64,000 nt of DNA, from NCBI GenBank assembly GCA_042570265.1, contig JBHPGU010000005.1, positions 228-64,227 of the forward strand, written 5' to 3'. Each line of letters opens with the position of its first letter. Within the stretch, counting starts at the first letter, position 1. This stretch comes from Candidatus Omnitrophota bacterium (GTDB lineage Bacteria; Omnitrophota; Gorgyraeia; Velamenicoccales; JABMQK01). Below are positions 60,261 through 64,000 of this stretch, in pieces. The notes under the pieces were generated by a model that saw only the letters and a list, made by a program, of their open reading frames with translations, made no database searches and had not been told where the DNA came from. Position numbers and translations under genes: made by a program.

Positions 60261-62852
60261 ATGATAAGTACAGGGATTAAAGGCTTAGATAGTGTAATAA
60301 CAGGCTTAAGACTAGGGGACAATGTTGTCTGGCAGATAGATGATATAGCGGAGTATATCGACCTTACAAAATACTTTGTAAAACAAGCGCTCAAAGACAA
60401 AAGGAATGTCATATACATAAGATTCGCTTCACATAAAGAGGTCTTAAAGCCTTCAAAACAGATAAAGCGTTACGAGCTTAACCCTTATGCTGGATTCGAG
60501 TCTTTTGCCACAAAGATAAACAGCATTATCACGCAGGAAGGCGAAGAAGCTTACTATGTATTCGATTGCTTATCAGAACTTCTTTTAGCCTGGGCGACTG
60601 ATTCGATGATAGGCAATTTCTTTATGGTTACTTGTCCGTATCTATATGAACTTAAGACCGTGACGTATTTTTCGATACTGCGTAATAACCATTCATTCAA
60701 ATCCATAGCCCGTATCAGAGAAACAACTCAGCTGCTTATGGATGTATATCACTGTGAAGGCAGCCTGTATGTCCATCCTCTGAAAGTCTGGAATAGGTAT
60801 TCTCCGACAATGTTCCTTCCTCACCAGAAAGACGGCCAGAAGTTTATACCGATTGCAGATAGTGTCAATGCCGTAAAGATACTTTCGTATATTCATGAAA
60901 AAGGTGCAGACAGTGCAAAGAGGAATTTGGACTATTGGGATCGTTTGTTTCTTGAGGCAGAGGAGTTGGTTGAGGGCAAAGCCTCAAAGGCTACATTAGT
61001 TGAGATGCTAAAGAAGCTATGTAGAATAATGATGACTAAGAACAAAAAGTTATTATCCATTGTGATGAAGAATTTTTCGCTGGAAGAGATTATAGACATA
61101 AAATCCAGAATGATAGGGACTGGTTTTGTAGGTGGCAAGACTGTAGGTATGCTTTTAGCTAGAAAGATCCTCTCTAAAAGCAAACTGCTTGATTGGAAAA
61201 AGCTTTCAGAGCCGCACGATTCATTTTATATAGGTTCGGATATATTTTATTCCTATATTGTGCAGAACCGGTGGTGGAAGTTGCGTATGCAACAAAAGAC
61301 CGATGAAGGGTATTATAATGTAGCAAAGATTTTAAAGGAGAAGATGCTTTATGGTGTATTTGATGAAGAGATCAGAGAGTACTTTCAGCAGATCATAGAG
61401 TACTTTGGTTCATCTCCTATTATTGTGCGTTCCAGCTCATTATTGGAAGATAGTTTTGGTAATGCGTTTGCCGGGAAATACGACAGTATTTTCTTAGCAA
61501 ACCAGGGTACTCCAGAGCAGAGATATATTCAATTCGCTGAAGCAGTCAAGAGTATTTACGCCAGCACGATGAACGAAGATGCTCTTGTTTACAGGAAACA
61601 GAGAGGGCTAGATAAATTAGATGAACAGATGGCACTTCTGGTGCAGCGGGTCTCCGGGGCGCATCATAATGAATACTTTCTTCCCGATCTTGCAGGGGTA
61701 GGTCTATCCTATAATACATATGTATGGAATGAAAGTATGGATCCTAAAGCTGGTATGCTTAGGCTGGTATTTGGCCTTGGGACAAGGGCGGTAAATCGTG
61801 TTGAGGGCGATTATCCCAGGATGGTTCCTCTGGATGATCCTTTGAGAAGGCCTTACGCAGAGAAAGATGATCTTAGAAAGTTCTCTCAGCATGAGGTTGA
61901 TTTGATAAGCACAAAAAAGAATGCTTTTGAAACTATCCCTTTTAGAGACTTTATAAAAGAGAAATCGTATAAAGGCTTTGATAGAGTAGCAGTTAAAGAT
62001 TATGAATCGATGAAGATGATGAGTGAAAGGGGCATAAAAGATAAAGAATACTGGATATTGACTTTGGATAAGGTATTTGATGATAATCTTCTTTGTGAAT
62101 CATTTAAGAAAATACTAAAATCACTTGAGGAGAATTATTCTTATCCTGTTGAGATCGAATTTACAGTAAATTTTACGGAAAAAGGTGCTTTTAAGATAAA
62201 TCTGCTACAATGCAGGCCTTTGCAGACAAGGGGATTGGGCCGCAAGATCGAAATACCGGATCATATAGATAAAAAAGATATGTTCTTTAAGTCACAAGGG
62301 TATTTTCTGGGAGGCAATGTCTCGCAGCAGATAAAGAGGATTGTTTACGTTGATCCAGCGGGCTATAGCAAACTTGAGTTAAGAGACAAATATGAAGTTG
62401 CCCGTATCGTAGGAGGTTTGAATAGAGATATAAAGAATAGAGAAGATTTGCCTACTATTCTAATAGGTCCGGGCAGATGGGGCACTACGACACCATCTTT
62501 AGGAGTGCCGGTCAAATTTGCAGAGATAAACAATATCACAGCACTTATGGAAGTTGCTTTTTCTGAGGGGAATTTGATGCCGGAGCTATCTTTTGGAACA
62601 CACTTCTTTCAGGATTTGGTGGAGACGAATATATTCTATATTGCTTTGTTTCCTGAGAAAGAAGAAGTGACATATAATCGTAAATGGCTTGAAGAGTCAA
62701 ATGACCTATTTGCAGAGCTTTCACCTTCGTCCGTTAAGTTAAAACAAATAATCAGGGTTTATGACGTAGGCGACAGGGGATTAAAGATAATGTCCGATAT
62801 AGTCTCTCAGAAGGTCGCATGTTTTTCGGATAAGAACAAGGTATCTAAATGA
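60261..62852 (+). CDS. PEP/pyruvate-binding (PPDK_N, ATP-grasp) domain protein with a P-loop-less KaiC/RecA-like N-terminal domain
   Basis: N-terminus: [25 protein letters not shown] (KaiC/RadA-like, but with no GxxGxGKT). Centre: [10 protein letters not shown] ... [22 protein letters not shown], the PPDK/PEP synthase nucleotide-binding signature. Confidence 0.7.
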   Translation: MISTGIKGLDSVITGLRLGDNVVWQIDDIAEYIDLTKYFVKQALKDKRNVIYIRFASHKEVLKPSKQIKRYELNPYAGFESFATKINSIITQEGEEAYYVFDCLSELLLAWATDSMIGNFFMVTCPYLYELKTVTYFSILRNNHSFKSIARIRETTQLLMDVYHCEGSLYVHPLKVWNRYSPTMFLPHQKDGQKFIPIADSVNAVKILSYIHEKGADSAKRNLDYWDRLFLEAEELVEGKASKATLVEMLKKLCRIMMTKNKKLLSIVMKNFSLEEIIDIKSRMIGTGFVGGKTVGMLLARKILSKSKLLDWKKLSEPHDSFYIGSDIFYSYIVQNRWWKLRMQQKTDEGYYNVAKILKEKMLYGVFDEEIREYFQQIIEYFGSSPIIVRSSSLLEDSFGNAFAGKYDSIFLANQGTPEQRYIQFAEAVKSIYASTMNEDALVYRKQRGLDKLDEQMALLVQRVSGAHHNEYFLPDLAGVGLSYNTYVWNESMDPKAGMLRLVFGLGTRAVNRVEGDYPRMVPLDDPLRRPYAEKDDLRKFSQHEVDLISTKKNAFETIPFRDFIKEKSYKGFDRVAVKDYESMKMMSERGIKDKEYWILTLDKVFDDNLLCESFKKILKSLEENYSYPVEIEFTVNFTEKGAFKINLLQCRPLQTRGLGRKIEIPDHIDKKDMFFKSQGYFLGGNVSQQIKRIVYVDPAGYSKLELRDKYEVARIVGGLNRDIKNREDLPTILIGPGRWGTTTPSLGVPVKFAEINNITALMEVAFSEGNLMPELSFGTHFFQDLVETNIFYIALFPEKEEVTYNRKWLEESNDLFAELSPSSVKLKQIIRVYDVGDRGLKIMSDIVSQKVACFSDKNKVSK

Positions 62853-63931
62853 AGGCAAAGTTAGCACTCGAAGACGGAAGAATTTTTGAAGGTTATTCTT
62901 TTGGCGCTCAAGGCGAAAGGCTTGGAGAAGTTGTATTTAATACTAGCCTTATGGGCTATCAAGAAATTCTTACAGATCCATCCTATAAAGGTCAGATCGT
63001 CACAATGACTTATCCTTTAATCGGCAACTATGGTGTAAATTCTGAAGATATTGAGTCTAGAAGGCCATTCGTAGAAGGATTCGTAGTAAAAGAATGTAGC
63101 CGCATTACCAGTAACTGGCGTTCAGAAAAGAGTCTGGATGAGTATCTTAAAGAAAATAATATTGTGGGCATAGAAGGTGTGGATACAAGAGCTTTGACTC
63201 GCCACATTAGATTAAAAGGAGCGATGAAAGCGGTTATCTCTTCGGTTGATTTAAGTAATTCTCGGTTAGTAAAAAAAGCCAAGAAATCGCTTGGCCTTGT
63301 AGGTAGGGATTTAGTCAAAGAAGTAATGTATGATGAAGTTCAATATTGGAATCAGAAAGGCAAATATAAGGCTGTTGTTCTTGATTGCGGAGTCAAATTT
63401 AATATTTTAAGAAGATTAGCCGAGAACAACTGTCGAGTTGTTGTGGTGCCTGCTAATTCAAGTGTAGATAAAATACTAGAGGAAAAGCCAGATGGCATAC
63501 TTTTGTCTAATGGTCCTGGCGACCCAGAAGGGGTTCCTTATGTAGTTAACACTGTTAAGAAACTCATTGGTAAGCTTCCTATTTTTGGGATTTGTTTTGG
63601 ACAACAAATATTAGGTTTAGCTTTGGGCGGCAAGACATATAAGCTTAAATTTGGTCACCATGGAGGCAATCAGCCTGTTAAAGATTTAAAAAGCGGGCGC
63701 ATAGCTATAACTGCTCAGAATCACGGATTTTGTGTGGATATAGATTCTTTGAAAAAGAGCGAAGTAGAGATAACCCATATTAATCTCAATGATAATACTT
63801 TAGAAGGTATGAGGCACAAGAAATTGCCGATATTCTCTGTCCAGTTTCATCCTGAATATGGGCCTGGCCCACACGATGCTGAGTATCTATTTAAGGAATT
63901 TGTAGGTTTAATGAAAAAGAAGAATGCCTAA
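62849..63931 (+). CDS. carA: Carbamoyl-phosphate synthase small (glutaminase) subunit
   Basis: [10 protein letters not shown]. Triad region [12 protein letters not shown] (Cys) and FSVQFHPE (His/Glu). Confidence 0.93.
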   Translation: MKAKLALEDGRIFEGYSFGAQGERLGEVVFNTSLMGYQEILTDPSYKGQIVTMTYPLIGNYGVNSEDIESRRPFVEGFVVKECSRITSNWRSEKSLDEYLKENNIVGIEGVDTRALTRHIRLKGAMKAVISSVDLSNSRLVKKAKKSLGLVGRDLVKEVMYDEVQYWNQKGKYKAVVLDCGVKFNILRRLAENNCRVVVVPANSSVDKILEEKPDGILLSNGPGDPEGVPYVVNTVKKLIGKLPIFGICFGQQILGLALGGKTYKLKFGHHGGNQPVKDLKSGRIAITAQNHGFCVDIDSLKKSEVEITHINLNDNTLEGMRHKKLPIFSVQFHPEYGPGPHDAEYLFKEFVGLMKKKNA

Positions 63932-64000
63932 AAGAACAGATATTAAAAAGATCATGATCATCGGCTCTGGACCGATAATCATCAGTCAGGCTTGTGAGTT
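63924..64000 (+). CDS. carB: Carbamoyl-phosphate synthase large subunit, 5' end only
   Basis: [26 protein letters not shown] is the canonical CarB N-terminus. Overlaps the carA stop by 8 nt and runs off the window. Confidence 0.85.
   Translation, partial: MPKRTDIKKIMIIGSGPIIISQACE

Overview
This is a 64-kb, AT-rich bacterial window. Every credible gene (about 60 CDS and 3 tRNA genes) lies on the + strand. All minus-strand ORFs in the track sit inside strong +-strand genes and look like shadow ORFs.

Contents in order:
(1) 1-23 kb: a Wzx/Wzy-type exopolysaccharide locus. It holds the flippase, two Wzy/O-antigen-ligase-like proteins, GT4/GT2/GT26 glycosyltransferases, a NodB deacetylase, a BNR beta-propeller and a WbaP-type priming transferase. 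It is preceded by an unusual decoration module: a stand-alone adenylation domain, a PLP decarboxylase, a PaaK/F390-type ligase, an ATP-grasp protein and several GNAT/FemAB-like acyltransferases.
(2) 23-27 kb: small envelope and secreted proteins and an ArnT-like GT-C enzyme.
(3) 27-38 kb: a type IV pilus cluster (pilB, pilC, two pilin paralogs, pilM, pilN, pilO-like, pilP-like, three minor pilins). It is peppered with an AT-rich inverted-repeat element family, and one copy carries a REP-associated tyrosine transposase (RAYT).
(4) 38-44 kb: tRNA-Arg(ACG), tadA, tRNA-Ser(GCU), an LtaS/EptA-like membrane phosphotransferase, a PagL-like protein, dnaX and recR.
(5) 44.3-44.9 kb: a tRNA-Asn(GUU) gene split in the anticodon loop by a 541-nt group I intron that carries an HNH endonuclease ORF. 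I rate this the most interesting object in the window.
(6) 44.9-49.8 kb: integrase-less island remnants bounded by copies of the tRNA-Asn 3' end. They encode a tandem kinase/pseudokinase, a TA-like nucleotidyltransferase pair, an Xis-like HTH protein and a small sigma factor.
(7) 49.9-64 kb: a nitrogen-assimilation supercluster (porin, amtB, PII, glnA, orphan Fis-type HTH, gltB, gltD, a PEP-binding fusion protein, carA, carB start).

I saw no rRNA genes and no CRISPR array. All calls come from reading the sequence and the translations by eye. No database search or folding program was run.
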